From the NCBI GenBank assembly GCA_013265495.1, contig MU058065.1, positions 7,626,302 to 7,690,301 on the forward strand: a stretch of 64,000 nt of DNA, read 5' to 3'. Origin of the DNA: Vicugna vicugna. Taxonomy: Eukaryota. Under the pieces are notes generated by a model. That model was not told the origin of the DNA. It did no database searches and worked only from the letters and a program-made list of their open reading frames with translations. The translations under genes and the position numbers were made by a program. This document shows, one piece after another, positions 36,489-50,293 of this stretch. Position 1 is the first letter of the stretch. Every line of letters starts with the position of its first letter.

Positions 36489-39199
36489 GCAAAAATCCCA
36501 GTCCTGTACCCTGTTTCTTTTATTTCTGACCTTTAAGGATATGATATTCAATTAAGCAACATCCATCTTGCAACCATCAGGTGGCAAGTTGGAGAACTTA
36601 AACGAGCTCGGGTCCTTGGTGACACAGTTGAGCCACCAAGTCAACCAGGAGAACATCAATCTAAAAAGTAAACAATAACTATCCATCCTTTAGGCTACTA
36701 TTGGTGTTTTTATTATTGTTGCTACTTGCCACTAAATGCTCCTCATAAAACATGCAGCTTGTCGGAGCTGGGAGAGACCGTAATTTTTTTTAGTTTATCA
36801 TTTCTTAATCAGTAGCCAATAGTTTATCGAAACAAATACTTATTTCCTTGAGTTTTTCTCTCCTCTACCCTGCAACAGGGCAGGTAGCTCAGCAACTCTC
36901 TCTTCTTCCTTTCTCACTTCTTCGGCTTATAACAGGGAATTTAAAAGGTTTACCAGGGCTGGAATATAGATTGGTATGAAGCACTAATAAGATTTCTGAA
37001 AATATTTACCCTAAATCAAAGAGTTAGATGTTTATATATAATTTAAAAAAAACTATTTGGAGGGTCCATATTCTGGATTTTAGGCAAATATGCAACCTCC
37101 TTGGTGCATGTATCAAAAACCACATTTCTCCCTGTTTCACCAACTATTGGCAATACTGCCCTTGGTACCACAGAGACTGCTTACTGGGGAAGAAATCTAT
37201 AAGAAGACAGTCTCATAACACGCAAGCAGAGAGCAGAAAACAAGTATTTTGCAGGACACTGTAAAAAAAAATGAGAAGGATCCCGGATAGTTTCATTTGA
37301 AATGCATATGCACTCAAAATTTCACATACAAATTCTGAGAATTTTCTGTTTCCTAGAAGACTACCCATGAACTCCCAGCTTAATATCCTCTGTCAAAGTC
37401 TTGCTGGGAAGTCTGAAGAAGAAAAGCAGTTTGGTAGAAATATTAATTAGAAGAGGGAACATCTTCTACGAATGGAAAGGTGAGCCCCTGCAAAGGACAG
37501 AAGGAGAGGATCAGTCAGAGTGGCACTGGGGATGGCTTGGCTAGATTCAGCAGGTGGGGCATTGGCATCATTTAGAGTAAGGACAGGTGGATTGGGGGTG
37601 TGGTAGAGGCTGGTTTGGAGCCCTGAAGCATACACTTGTACAGAGGTGTCAAGCAAGGCTCAGAAAGCTATCAGAGGATGCTCATTAGTGCAACTTTTAT
37701 GAGAAAACAGGCACACTTGAGGGAGTGTGGGCACACAGGCAATCCAGAAAAAGTATAAAACTTGGCTCCTGATAAGTGTTGCCTTGGTGTTCCAGAGTTT
37801 CTTATATTTTCAAAAGAAGCTAGGATTCTGAGTTTTTCTGTAAATGTGTCATGGTTTTTGAAATAGTATCTCAATTTTTATATTCTGCAGACAACTAAAG
37901 TCAGCTATGCATGCTCGGTATAGCCCATAGGCCTCCATGTTGAAACTTCCTAATTGAATGTGTGCAGTATTTGGTAATAATTTCGGATGTCTGAACAGAG
38001 ACCCTAAGGAGCTGTGATGGAGAGGAAGCCAACTGGAGCATCGATTCAGGAGAACTTGTGTCCAATACTGCCAGCAGCTGATGATGAGCTGTGTGATCCC
38101 AAAAATGTCTCTTCACCTGTTTCCTCAACTACACATGATGAGATGGAAGCAGATGACCTCCAAGGCTCCTCTGCCACCAGCCTGGATATTCTGAGATTGT
38201 GGCTAATAAGATCAATGGCATGCATGGACACGCTGCCTCGCCATTGAGAAAGCACATCCAGCTTATCCATGAGGCTCTCAGCACCTCATTTCCTGTTATG
38301 GTCCAGGGACCTTCAGTATGTCAGCAAGGAGGATCTCAGTCTGTATTTTCTTAAAGGCATGGGGAGGAATGGCATGGCTTTGGGGCTAAGATAATCACAA
38401 ATAGCAGTTGCCTCACCTGTTTTACGTGTCTGGGGAGGATCCCAGCACTGATAGGTATTGGTTACTCTGAGCATGCCTCACAGAATACTGGCCAAATCCA
38501 AAACATGATAAAGTCTGCACCTGTAGTTATCAGCAAAGCTAATAGTGGAAGAGAGCCACTCCCTCGTTAGCTAGTACAGCACAGGTGCCCAACAGTTAGA
38601 TTTGGTTGCTCAGTGTAGAAGAGGTGATGGCACATACTGTCCACTGAGACTGCCCCTCCCAAACAGTCTCCAGGTTCAAATGGTGGGAGTTCCAGAATAA
38701 CACACCAGGGGTAACAGTCTGAACAGGATGAAATCACAGAGAACATCTTTCTCTTTGGAAAACTAAGGTCACATAACTTGCCAAGCTCATGCAGCTAAGG
38801 TAGAAATAAAGCCATGGTCACTCATAGAAACTCCAGAAACCAGACTTAAGATCAAAGGATAAATAGTAAGAGAATTGTCAGGAGAATATGTTCAACTCTA
38901 ATACAAATGAGAAATCAGAAATACTTTCCAATAACCAGAAAATATCATTGAAATATGAACATGGGCTCACAGAGTGAGTCTCTGTTGAAGAAAACACTCA
39001 TTTATATGCATACTTCTCGATATGTTTATTAAAATTCATTTGAAAAGTCTTGGTCACAATATGTCCATGAAAACATTTAATTTTTGTTTGAATCATATTT
39101 GAATTAATAAAAGTTTCATGCCATGAAAAATTCAGTCCATAGCATCTTGCATCACAACTGTCACTCATTCATCACAATTGAAACAGCCGTTTTCAATGT

Positions 39200-39355
39200 T
39201 TGACTTCCTCCCTGGACTAGAGGCTTTTTGAGGACAAGAAATTGTGTTTATCTTATTTTCTGCTCTAACTTCAGTGCAAAGCCTAGCACCTAGTATATGC
39301 TATGTGCTTCTTAATTATGTGATGAATAAGTGAATGAATGAATAAATGAATGAAA
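39200..39355 (+). mobile_element. L2 3' end
   Basis: ggactagaggctttttgaggacaag..gcctagcacctagta..(gaat)n tail. Confidence 0.7.
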
Positions 39356-40226
39356 AGTTCTCCTAACTCCTCATCCAGAGCTTCATGCTGCTAGATAAAC
39401 TTACTCTCTTAAGGATGTAAACAACTAGGGGATCAAAGGCTGGGGTTTTTTTTTCCTCTTGTGCCCCAGCTGTGTAACATTTGAACTGTTTTTGAAAGCC
39501 ATGGATCCAGACTTGCACACGACAGCCTTACTTGCCATCTGATTCCAGGGTTGGAAGAGATTCAGAGCCTCCATTCCTCTATTTAGATCTCCCCTCAGCT
39601 GAATTACCGTTCAATTACATTCTTCAATTCAACATTTACTGAGTGTGGAGTACGTGCAAGGCAGGATAATTTTTCCTTCACTACCCAAATTAGGGTTAAT
39701 ACTAGGTTCAGTGGTTTATTATTTATTTATTTTGCCCCAAAGTGACTGTCTTACAAATAGATGTGTAATGACTACTTATTATTCCTACATCCTACACTTT
39801 GGTTCTTGGCACCTGGTCTATCCAGAAAGTCCAAACTGCACCTTCACCACTGCTGCTTGGCGATTTCAGTCAGTTTTCTGATCCAAATCAGTGGGACTAG
39901 AGATGGGTCAGTAACCACTCGTGGATGACAAGCCTTTGTTAAAGAGCTCAAATCTGCTTCCCCAGGGAATCATCAGCCCCTGTGAGATGGAGGGCACAGC
40001 TGTCCTTCTACACATGTCACTGTTCTCTCTCCAAGATGGTGACTCTGCACAACCACCGAGTGGCCAGAGCTCCTGCTTCCCAACTCCTGCTTTTGAGTCT
40101 GTTCTCCAGGATCTTAGTGGTTCTGGGCTTCATGGGACCCTGTGGACAAGAGGGTAAGAAAGGGCATAGTCACTGCCCCAGAACTGCAAGCATATGTGTG
40201 ATGGGGAATCTGATGGCCAAGCCCTT

Positions 40227-40633
40227 TGTTATGAGCTGAATGTTTGTACCCTCTTGCACTGCCCCCTACAAATATATATGTTGAAGCCCTAACTCCCAAT
40301 GCAATGGTTTTCAGAGGTGTGGCTTTCTGGAGGTACCTAAATTTAGATTAGGTCTTGAAGATAGGAAACCTGTGGTGGGATTAGCACCCTTACAGAAGAG
40401 GAAGAGAGAGATTTTGCTCTCTCCAGACCCACAGACCAAGGAAAGGCCCTGTGAGGGCATAGCAAGAAGGTGGCTGTCTTGAGGCCAGAAAGCAGGTCTT
40501 TGCCAGACACCAAATCTGGCAGTGCCTTGATCTCTAATTTCCCAGCCTCCAAAACTGTGAGAAATAAAGATCCGTTGTTTAAGCCATTCCAGTCTGTGGT
40601 ATTTTGGGGTAGCAGCCCAAGCTGACTAAGACA
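40227..40633 (+). mobile_element. MaLR solo LTR (MLT1A/B-like)
   Basis: tgttatgagctgaatgtttgt..tatgttgaagccctaactcccaat..cagcctccaaaactgtgagaaataaa..gcagcccaagctgactaagaca. Confidence 0.9.
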
Positions 40634-42199
40634 GCTCTTTCCACCAGTCAGTTCTCTTCACAGGTGATACCCAGTCTGGGCTGCCCACAGCTCTGTCTCA
40701 CACAGCACGTTCAAACAATCCTATTTACGGCCATGTTAGTGGTGAAATGGAGCATGTGTCAGAGAGTCCTCCAAGTAGAACCACACATCTTCCTGAATTC
40801 CCAATTTACATTCAGCTTGACTGCTCCCTCTGCCTAGAGTCAGAAATCTTCAAAAACATGGTGTTGGATCCATCTCAGGCTCAAATCAGGGATCCATGGA
40901 ATAGCCTCTATGCTGTCCTTGCATAATTGCTGGTATCAGCTTTCAACCTTCTTCCCCGTCCTCAGCAAGAGTGACAGAGCAAGGAAAATTAGACGAGGAA
41001 GAGGCCAGCCCAGTGGGTGAGTTCCTATGTCTAGACAGACTAATAAGAAAAAAGTTTTCCTCGTGGAGGTCCATGGACCAAGAAAATAACTTCAAAGACT
41101 GATTCTTTTTTTCCCCCCTCATCAGCCTATGCTGCCTTCCCTGAAATCCCCATCCCAGGTTAAGTGGAGAAAAATGCTTCCTCTTGGCACTTGGGCCTCC
41201 GCTCTGACACAGAACCTGCCAGCAGGGCCAGCCCCGGCTTCACCCCTCTTTCTCAATGAGGTCCATTCATAGTCAAGGGCTCCACCTGGCTGGGCATCCC
41301 CTCACCGAGGCTGATCTTTCAGAGAAACTCAGTACATGATCTCCAGGAGGCAAGCTTTGAGAAAGGCCAGAATACTCCATTCCTCAGTATTTCGCATTAG
41401 GATTTTTAGTGGTCCCTTTTATTTCCTAAAATTCACAGAATTCCTTGCTCTCCAAGTTGGCAGGGAACTTAAAATCCAGCCACCCATCCTTTCTGCAGGA
41501 TGTCACCTATAGAAAGCCTTTCAGCTTTTGCTTAAAAACTTCTAGATAGAAGGAACTCACAACTTTTCAGTCCATCTATGGCCAGCTTTGTTAGAATGTT
41601 CTTCTTTTTAATTGAGGTGAAATAACTATAATTTGTAATAGTTGATGTATTGGAGTTTTAGAATCATAGTTATATATTATGAAAGTTAGAGGGAATCTGA
41701 TTTGGCCCCTTCATTTTTCAGGGAACCCATTCAAAGCCATGAGTTCCTGAATGACATCACAGGGAAAGTCAGGACTCAAACACAGCCTTTCTGACCATGG
41801 CCAGGTGAGCAGATAAGCATTTATCCTGGGACAAAACTCCATCCTAAAAGTTGTAGCCCTTTGAGACAAAATTCCAGTGTCTGGAATACATGACTTCAAG
41901 TTAGTTCCTAACTATTATTCTGGTTAAATGTCACATATTTCTAAACAGAGCAAAAATCCTTAATAAAAGACCCAAAATAAGTACCAGGAGGTGAAGTGGA
42001 TAAAGAGGAGTTGGAAGACTTGAAGGATAAACCTTGTCCAGGGTCCCACAGGAAGAGAACAGGGACTCAGGTGGTCCTCCTCTGGTCCACCAGCTCTGTG
42101 GGAGCAGGGGGTTGTGGGAGTGGGGAACAAGAGACCCCAGCTAAGGCCCAGATGGCAAATCAATAGGAATGGTACCCTTCAACCTGAGTAGGGTCCTTT

Positions 42200-42690
42200 A
42201 GTTAGAAAGAGGCTTCCCCATCCATTTTCACATTTGATCTCCACAATCAAATGGCTCTATAGACTATGGTGACCCTCATTGTATAAATGAAGAAACTGAG
42301 GCTCACAGAAGTTAAACATGGCTTGACAATGTTCAGAAAACTAGTCACTGGCAGAACAAAGACTAGAAGCCAGGGTCTAAACTCCCAAAGCAGTGATTTT
42401 TTGCTATGACGCACTACCTTGAGAATCCCTGAACTGTCAGATAATAGTAACAGCTAGCATTTCTTGAGCCATTGTTATGTGCCATGCATACTTCTGAGTG
42501 CTTTACCTGTTTCGATGCATTTCATCTTTTATGGTGATGATTTGGGTAAAAATGATTTGAATATCATCTTTACTTCTACTCAGCACGTGACGAAACCTAG
42601 ATGCAAAGATGTTAAGAAATTTGTCCTGGGATACACAGCGAGAAAGATACTAATTCAGATTTCAAATCCAGGAACTCGGAACAACTTCAG
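42200..42690 (-). mobile_element. Two tandem MIR SINEs
   Basis: aatgaagaaactgaggctcacagaagttaa and agctagcatttcttgagcc..tatgtgcca..gatgttaagaaatttgtcc. Confidence 0.7.
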
Positions 42691-44109
42691 TATATGTCTC
42701 TATTTCAGTGTTCCCAAACCAGCAGCCCTGGGCTTCAAGGACAGAGTTCTAAAAATCTCATGCTAAGGTCGGATTTTAACCCATGAGATAGCTTCTAACA
42801 ATGTGTACTTGTTTTTATCTCCTGATAAAATGCTTTAGCTCCTGATGAAACTGGCCATGAGCCAGTTTAGAAGGCACTTTGGTCTCAGTTGCATCTATAG
42901 CTGAAAGTCATGAGTTTTGAATAGTTAAACAAATATTTTTTCCTCTCCTCTCTTTATTTCCCTTCTTTTTTCCCTCCCCTTCCCATCAGATTAGAAGTAG
43001 GCTGCCAAGCCAACCTGAGGGAGGAACAACCCCATGAGTAGCCTGAAAGTTTGGTCAGGTCCTCCCAATGTTCTCTAGATTCATCCAGACCCACCCACAG
43101 AGCTTCAGGGTTAAGCTGGGAGTCTCTGGACAAGTCTAGAGACCACATGGCCCAATGGTTTCTGCTCCAATCCATCAGTCCAGGGAACAACACCCACCAG
43201 CTTCACTAAATACCAGCCTCCACTAGAATGAAATGCTGTTCCCTGCCCTCAGTGAGACACCAGCACAAGAGTCCAAGGGTCACATTTTCACATCCAAGCT
43301 CATCATCTCTCTCCTCGTTAGGTCTTCATCCTATGTTCCAGAATTCTGTTGAGGATAATAAGGTTTAGGCCAACTTTGGCCTTTCAGATAGACGCCAGCT
43401 CTTGGTCATGACACAGCTAGTGAGGAGGAGAAGAGGGCAAAGGCATATCTGTTGGTTTTCTATCTCCCCAGTACTCTTCACACCTGTCCTTCCCTCAGCT
43501 TCTCGCCTCCTTCAGAACTGCTTGACTCTGCTTTGTCTTGGCTTTCTGTCTTAACTTGTTTTACTGCCAATAGCCTCTCCTTGTTCTGTTCTAACCACCA
43601 TTGTCAGAATGATCATCCTAAAGTTCAGCTCCAAGTATGGCACCCTGATACTCTAAAATCTTGGTTGGCTCCCCATTGCCTACCATCTTCACTCTTAATA
43701 AACCCTTGATATGGATTTCCCTCCACAAGGCCTTTCCAGAACATCAAACAAACTGATTGTTGCTTTTCCCAGAGAGGGTCAGTGGCCACTGAGGGGACTT
43801 CCAGGTTCTGGAAAGCAGTTAGAGCAGGAAGTGGCCCAGGCCCCTCTTCCCTTTACCAAACTACCTGACCTTCCTCTCCTGCACCTCAAGTTTTCTATTC
43901 CTTCAGTGAAGACTTGGGGTCAATAGACTGTGGGATCCCTTCTGGCTTTGAAATTTGGAAGGAGTGGAAGGAACGTAAACCTGGACATGGACTCTGAGTG
44001 GAATGGGAGACTGACCAGGGAGTAAACGACAGAGTCTCAGGGAATGGGGAATTCGCTGTCGGGGAACAGTCGCAAGAAGGGAAGATTTGGGGTAACTTCG
44101 AATTTGGAG

Positions 44110-44290
44110 GTCCTGCCTCAGTACCTTAGTGACACATTGGAATCACCTAGGTAGTTTATTAAACACTGAATGAAGCCTGGCTCCTACTCCAGAGATTCTG
44201 ATGTAGTTAGTCTGGAACACAACCTAGTCACTGGGATTTTTCATAGCTCCCTGGATGTTTCTAATGTGCTGCAGAGTCTGAGACAGCAAC
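44110..44290. mobile_element. MER5B-like hAT-Charlie MITE
   Basis: cacattggaatcacctagg..ccagagattctgat..tttctaatgtgctgcagagtctgagacagca. Confidence 0.75.
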
Positions 44291-44609
44291 CCAAAGTGAA
44301 GCGCAAGCACAGAGGGCAATGACACAACATTTATCAGAGGGAGATGTTGCCCACATCAGATTTCCAGGCGCCTGGCCTGAGGAGGAAACCTGTTCAGAAA
44401 AATGAGCCTCCCGCCCCGACCGTACCCTGTCATGGGTATTTTCCTCACCTTCTAGGGCCAATGGCATCAGGTTCACTCAGAGAAACCTCATCATGAGAGG
44501 ACCCACTCTACATCACCTCTAGTTCATGAAAGCTGGCCCCTTCCAGCCTTGTACCTGGGCTTCCGTGGAGCTGTGGTTTCCACCTGAAATGTGAGGGCAG
44601 ATATTTACT

Positions 44610-45470
44610 TCTTGCCTTCTTCCTTCATTAAAAAGCATAAATTATCTATTACATCCTTAACACTGTGTTCAGTTACTGAGGCTAACACAGTAAATAAGAA
44701 ATTGTTTCTCTCTCCAAGGGTCTTGCTATCTAGGAGAAAGATGGAAAGACAGATTTATATGTGCAGTAAAGTGTTACAGGATTGTAATGTCTATATAGGT
44801 CATGAGGGAGTGGAGCAAAAAAGCAGAAGGGTCAAGTGTACCCATAGAGAGTAGCGAAGTCCTCAGAGAGAAGTAGAACCTCATGCCAAGTATCTAATGG
44901 TCTACTGGGTGGTCACAGACCTACCACTACAGATGTGGGACAGAACATCAGGCAGAGAAAGAGTCATGAAAACAAGTACTGGAACGAGACATTGTTCTAC
45001 CTATGTGGGAAATTGCAACTGCTTGGAGCGATAGGAACATAATAAATGTGAACTAGGGAATATAAGAGAGATTGGAGAGGGGTAAAGTTTAAGACAAGGC
45101 AGGGACTGGACTGGGAAAAACATGCAAGAAAGAAGCCTGAAATGGAACCATCATGCCACAGACTGTAAATTGAGAAATGAGGTGATCAGATTTGCACTGA
45201 AGAAAGATCCCTCTGGCTGTAGGATGGAGAAGGGATCAAGGGGACCAGACTGGACACAAGGAAACCAGGTTGGTGGTAGCACTGATGGGCCAGCAAGAGA
45301 TAAGGTCCTAAAAAAACCCCGGTGGAACCAGTGACTCTAGAGAAGAAAGAATGTGATCAAGAAATGGTGGGGACACAGCGTCAGTCATACTCTGGGTGAT
45401 GGGGTGCAAGGACCAGAGGTGAGGGTGAGAAGACATGAGAGTGATGGATGTGACGCCCCACATTAAAGAA
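44610..45470 (-). mobile_element. L2 LINE fragment
   Basis: tgatcagatttgcactgaagaaagatccctctggctgtaggatggagaaggg..ggaaaccaggttgg..ggccagcaagagat. Confidence 0.7.
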
Positions 45471-45680
45471 AGAAAGTTACTGTTATTAAGTGTGGGAACA
45501 GAATTCTAAGATGGCCCCAACATTCACCCCCACTGGCATATATGTACTGCATAATAACCTCCACTTGAGTGTGTGGGAGACTCGTGAATATGACGGGATG
45601 TCACTCCTGGGATTAGGTTACATTATATGACAAAGCTGAATGGATTTTCACAGATGTAATTAAGGCCCTTAGTTGGCTTT

Positions 45681-46392
45681 TTGTTTAATGTTCTATTTTT
45701 TGTCTTTTTTTCTAGTTTTATTGAGACATAATTGACATATTACTAAGCCTGTGGAAGTTTAAGGTGTACATCATAATGATTTGACTTATATACATCATGA
45801 GATGATTATCACAATAAGTTTAGTAAACATCATCTCATATAGATACAAAATTAAAGAAATAGAAAAAAATTTCCTTGTGATGAGAACTTTTAGAATTTAC
45901 CCTCTTTTACAATGTTGTGTCAATGACTATAACTCAATAAAAAAAAGAATTTACTCTCTTAACAACCTTCATATATAATACACATGTTAATTACATTTAT
46001 CATGGTGTACATCATATCCCTAGTACTTATTTATCATAACTGGAAGTTTGAACCTTTTAACTTCCTTCATCTAATTCTTCCTCCCTCACCTCCTGCCTCT
46101 GGTAACCACAAATCTGATCTCTTTTTTCTATGAGTTTCTTTGTATATTTGTTTTGGAAGTATAATCGACCTATAATGCTATGTTAGTTCCTGTTGTACAA
46201 CACAGTGATTCCATATTTCTTACATTTCAGAATGATCACCATGATATTACAATGTATCACCATACAAAGTTACCATATAGTTATTGACTATATTCTCCAC
46301 ACTGTATACTTCATATCCATGACTCATAATTTGCAACTGAAAGTTTATACCTCTTAATCTCCCTCACTTCTTTCTTTCCTCCCCCACCCAAT
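45681..46392 (-). mobile_element. L1 3'UTR fragment (L1MA9-like/artiodactyl) inserted in the MLT1E-like LTR
   Basis: T-rich tail, ttgagacataattgacata..tttaaggtgtac..ctggtaaccacaaatctgatct; TSD agttggcttt at 45671-45680 and 46394-46403. Confidence 0.85.
45907..45945 (+). mobile_element. Micro twin-primed L1 3' end (~39 bp)
   Basis: 15-bp TSD at 45892-45906 and 45946-45960; the insert matches the L1 terminus at 56062-56090 with its first 15 nt inverted. Confidence 0.85.
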
Positions 46393-48554
46393 CAGTTGGC
46401 TTTGAGTTAATTAAGAGGGAGATTGTCCTGGGTGGGCCTGGCCTAGTTAGATGGACTCTAAAACAGAGTCTAGAAGATAGAGATGTTTTCTCTTGCTGGC
46501 CTTGAAGAAGCAAGCAAGCCACTGTGAATTCCACAGCTGCAAGAGATGAATCCTACCAATAGTCACGTGAACTTGGAAAAGGACCTTGAGCCTTAGACGA
46601 GACCTCAGCTGTGCCTGGGATCTTGACTGCGGCTTTGTAAAACCATGGGACAAGGACCTGGTGAATTTGTGCCTGGACTACTGAACCATGAAAACTGTGA
46701 GATAATAAATAATGGGCATTCATTTAAGCTGCTCAATTTGACATAATTTTTTATACAGCAATAGAAAGCCACTACACTAAAAATCAACATGATCAAAATA
46801 ATTCTAATGTGATGTCTTTTATATTTTCCAGGTAACTTCTAAAAGCAGAAAACATTACCCAAAGTTCACTTTAAAATTAATTTTTAAAATAGTCTATTAA
46901 TTAAAGTTCTGCATCCAAAAATCTAGTTCTTCTTTAATCTATTACTTATAATTTATAAATTTTATAGTTTTCATTATGGAATGAGTTAGTAGGGAGTTTA
47001 ACTATCATTTTTTAAGAAGCGTTGATTAATATTTGGTCCCAGTTACAAACTTATTAAAGAAAACTTTCTGTACCATGTTGATACATTTAACATATTTGAT
47101 TTCACTTTAGAGAACTTTGATTGTCCAACAAATTTTCTTAATTACTTAAATGATTCTTATAAACCTACTGAATTAACCCTTTAAAAATAATTATTTTTAA
47201 GTTTCCTTAATTATTTGAATATAATATAAACTAAGATTTCAACCTAAACTCATGTCAAAATTAGCCATTCAGTTACTTATTGTAAATTGGAGTTTAAGAT
47301 TGGACTGTAATGCTAATGACCAAATTCCCTTAAATATGATAAGAACAAAAAATGCACAGTTTTCTAAATGCAAAAATTTTAATAAAATGAATTTGTTATC
47401 TAAATTTTCTACCTTTACTTCCAAATCTCTTTGAGTTGAGATACTTATAAATGAAAGAAAGAAATATATCGTCACAAACAATTTGGAGGAGGGTCCTTTC
47501 AGATGGTTGAGCCTGCATTGTGGCCAGTGACATGAACCAGAAGGGGAGGTCAGGAGATACTGATGTCCAGAGAGATTTCCTGTGATCCAGTCTGCCACCT
47601 GGAGCCCTTTTTATCATCCTAGGTCTTGGTTTCCATAAATTAGAGAAGAGGGTTTTCACACCATCCATATCCCGGTTTTAAGTCATCACTGATTCTTCCA
47701 TCTACACCTGGATGGAGTCTGCAATCACAGCCCTGATATGACCTTATGGCAGAGAATGGAGCTTAGACCAGGGATGGGACCTTCAAGTCACTCTGCTCCT
47801 GCTCATCCTTGGCAAGAAGTTCCCCTTCCATCCATACCAGCACCCAGCCCTGAGGTCCCTGGTGGAAGAAAGGGGGCAAAGAGGTACAAGGAGGAGGATT
47901 AAGCTGAAAGATATCTGGCCTGGGAAAGCGCGTGGAGAGCTGGGCTATTCTGTTTTTCCTTCAGGAGCTGGAAATGTTGGGAGAAGCTGCATGTATTATT
48001 TGCAGACTTGCTAATGGGCCAGGTCTCATGGTTGAATTCCCAGTCAACCGCTCAGCCTGGCTCTGAGAAATAGTTCCCTTCCCCCGCTCCCACTCTCTTC
48101 CCCCTTTTCCATGTGATCCTGCCCAAGTTGGTACAGACACCTTGGGTGGCAACATTCATTTGCTCTCTGACACACACTCCTCCACCTCTCCCACTGGCAA
48201 ATACTTTAGGTTTGCCAGGAGCCGGGTGAGCTTTGGGTAACCCCACAGATGTGACTCCTTCTCGGAAAATGATCTCTGGTCCTAAAGTATGTGTGTTCTC
48301 AGCCGTGCCGTCTCTTTTTTGTCACTGTCTCTCTCCCCTTCCCTGTTTCTTCTTCTGTCTCCTTTTTGTCTTCTCTCTTTTTATTTCAGACTCTCTTTGC
48401 CATCTCTTTCTCTCATCCTCTTTCCTCACCTTTGGCTTCCTTTTTTTCCTATTCTTCTGCACTAGGATATACATATTTGGGGATTTCATTTTTTTTAAGG
48501 AGAATGGTGGAGGAATGGGGTAAGTGTGTATTAGTGCCAATAAAAATGTTTAAA

Positions 48555-48765
48555 CTTAGGAGCTATCTCTATGTGCCAGGCATAGTGATAAACATCTGAC
48601 ATGCATTACCATTTGATCTTCAAAACAATCTTGATTGATTGATTGATTGATATTGTCCCCATTTTCCAGAGGTGGAAACTGCAGCCTAAAGAGGGTACTT
48701 AATTTCCCCAAAGTTATTATGTATGGTTTAATCACATGTCCCAGGAGGACCGACTCTAGCGACAC
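48555..48765 (-). mobile_element. MIR SINE
   Basis: ctatgtgccaggcatagtg..tgtccccattttccagaggtggaaactgcagcc. Confidence 0.8.
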
Positions 48766-49235
48766 ACTCTGAAATCAGTCTTCCTTGGCAACCCAAGTCC
48801 AATACCCACTCCATTTGACAAGGTAGCTTCAATATTATTTCCCTGACATCTTTGCCCCTTGAATCCAGGGCCTAGCCAGGTGCCTATGTCTCTGTACCTC
48901 ACCCTGAGCCTCTGGACAGACCCTGCTCACTAATGGAAAATCTAGAGATTGTTTTGAGAAGAGTGTTTATTAAATTCACCCTAAAGGACCAGAGTTCCTC
49001 ATTACTCATGCTTGCTGTCACATATTAGGAACAAAGTAACCTGCTCTAGTCCAGAGTTGAGGGACATCATGTGAAATGTGAGCAGGCAGGGTAAAAGAGG
49101 GGAGTGAATATTGGTGGATGGGCTGAGATTCAAGAAGTCTTGCTAGCTGGGGTGGGGACACATGCTCTCCATAGCTACAGTTTCTGCCACAAGGCCTCTG
49201 CCTCTATTTGCTGATCATCTGTGCATTTAGGGGCA

Positions 49236-49690
49236 TGTGGTCCCCAAAGAATCATGCCTCCTTGTGCAGTCCTTATCACACTGGCTCTGAACTTGGCCAT
49301 GTCACTTGCCTTGGTCAGGAGGCATCATCAAATGTGACACAGGCAGAGGCATGGTAAGTTCTTGCACAGTGAAGCTTTCCCTTCAAAATTTGATGAAGAG
49401 GTAAAGAATCCCAGGCTATCATGCTGGAGAAAGAGGTCGTGTGGAGAACGGAAGCACCCCAGACAATAGCCAGCACCAAGGTCTTGGACGTGTAAATGAA
49501 GACAGTTTGGAACCTTCTCCAGCCCCTGGTAGGCTTTCCCAGGGGACACCATGTGGAGTGGAGATAAGTCATCCCTCTGAGCTTTGCCCAAATGCCTGGC
49601 CTGTAGAACAGTGCACAATAAAGTAGTTTTTTTTTTAAGTTGCTAAGTTTTGGAGCGGTTTGCTTTGCAGTAATAGATGACTAATGGCAG
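49236..49690 (+). mobile_element. MaLR LTR (MLT1F/G/H-like)
   Basis: ttggccatgtcacttgccttggtca..aatgtgacacaggcagaggc..ctaagttttggagcggtttg..gcagtaatagatgact. Confidence 0.75.
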
Positions 49691-50293
49691 ATCCTCAAAA
49701 GATGTGTGCTGAATGATTGATCCACAGGTATTTTCTGATCGATTTCTCAGTCTCTCCAAGGATGTCTTTAACCAGCTTCTCCTCATCCCTCACGTAGAAG
49801 AAATGAGGGCTCATGGAATGAAAAGCAAAAGAGAGAGGGGCTTTCCCAGTGACTTATGGTACCCCTTGGCTTTTCCAAGCAATGCTCAGTAACGGTGTAC
49901 ACATTATAGACCAAAGAGGTCAAATCATTTTTTGGAAAAAGAGGTCTCTTTTCACTTCTAGAGGACCTGAGCTAATAAAAGTGCTGGAAACGGCTGGTGG
50001 CTGCCCTGAGTGGTAAGAGGGTTTCAGTCCTTGCAAAGAATAGGGAAGAGGCACCTTCTTCAGTTACACTGTCCCCAGTGGAGATTCTCACAAACCCCAA
50101 GGAGCGGTGTGGCAGAAGGGAAAGGAGCAGTCTAGAGTAAGAAGGACGTGGTTTGGAGATCCCGCTGATAAACTTTGAGATCTACACATGGACTGGCTGG
50201 GGACTAGACCTCCAGAAAGATGGTATATGGCTTTTGGAGGCAAGGGAGACTTAAAAGGGAACTATGAGAGAGGACTGATTCATCAGTAAATAG

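Larger units (their letters stand above)
34748..36745 (+). mobile_element. Old MaLR LTR (MLT1J/K-like) split by an L1; pieces at ~34748-34925 and ~36490-36745
   Basis: tttctcagcttcccttgcagttagaggtg..ctttgggaaagttttcctttcctgataa, then ccatcttgcaacca..gggtccttggtgacacagttgagccacc. Confidence 0.6.
45492..46775 (+). mobile_element. MaLR LTR (MLT1E-like) split by an antisense L1
   Basis: tgtgggaacagaattctaagatggcccc..gattaggttacattatatg..gatgtaattaagg, resuming agttggctttgagttaattaagagggagattgtcctgggtgggcctg..cagcaatagaa. Confidence 0.85.

Noticed and set aside
47591..47606. CTCF-like motif (gctccaggtggcag on the minus strand); similar partial matches near 24960 and 36575
   Set aside because: Imperfect core matches that cannot be distinguished from chance without PWM scoring or ChIP data.
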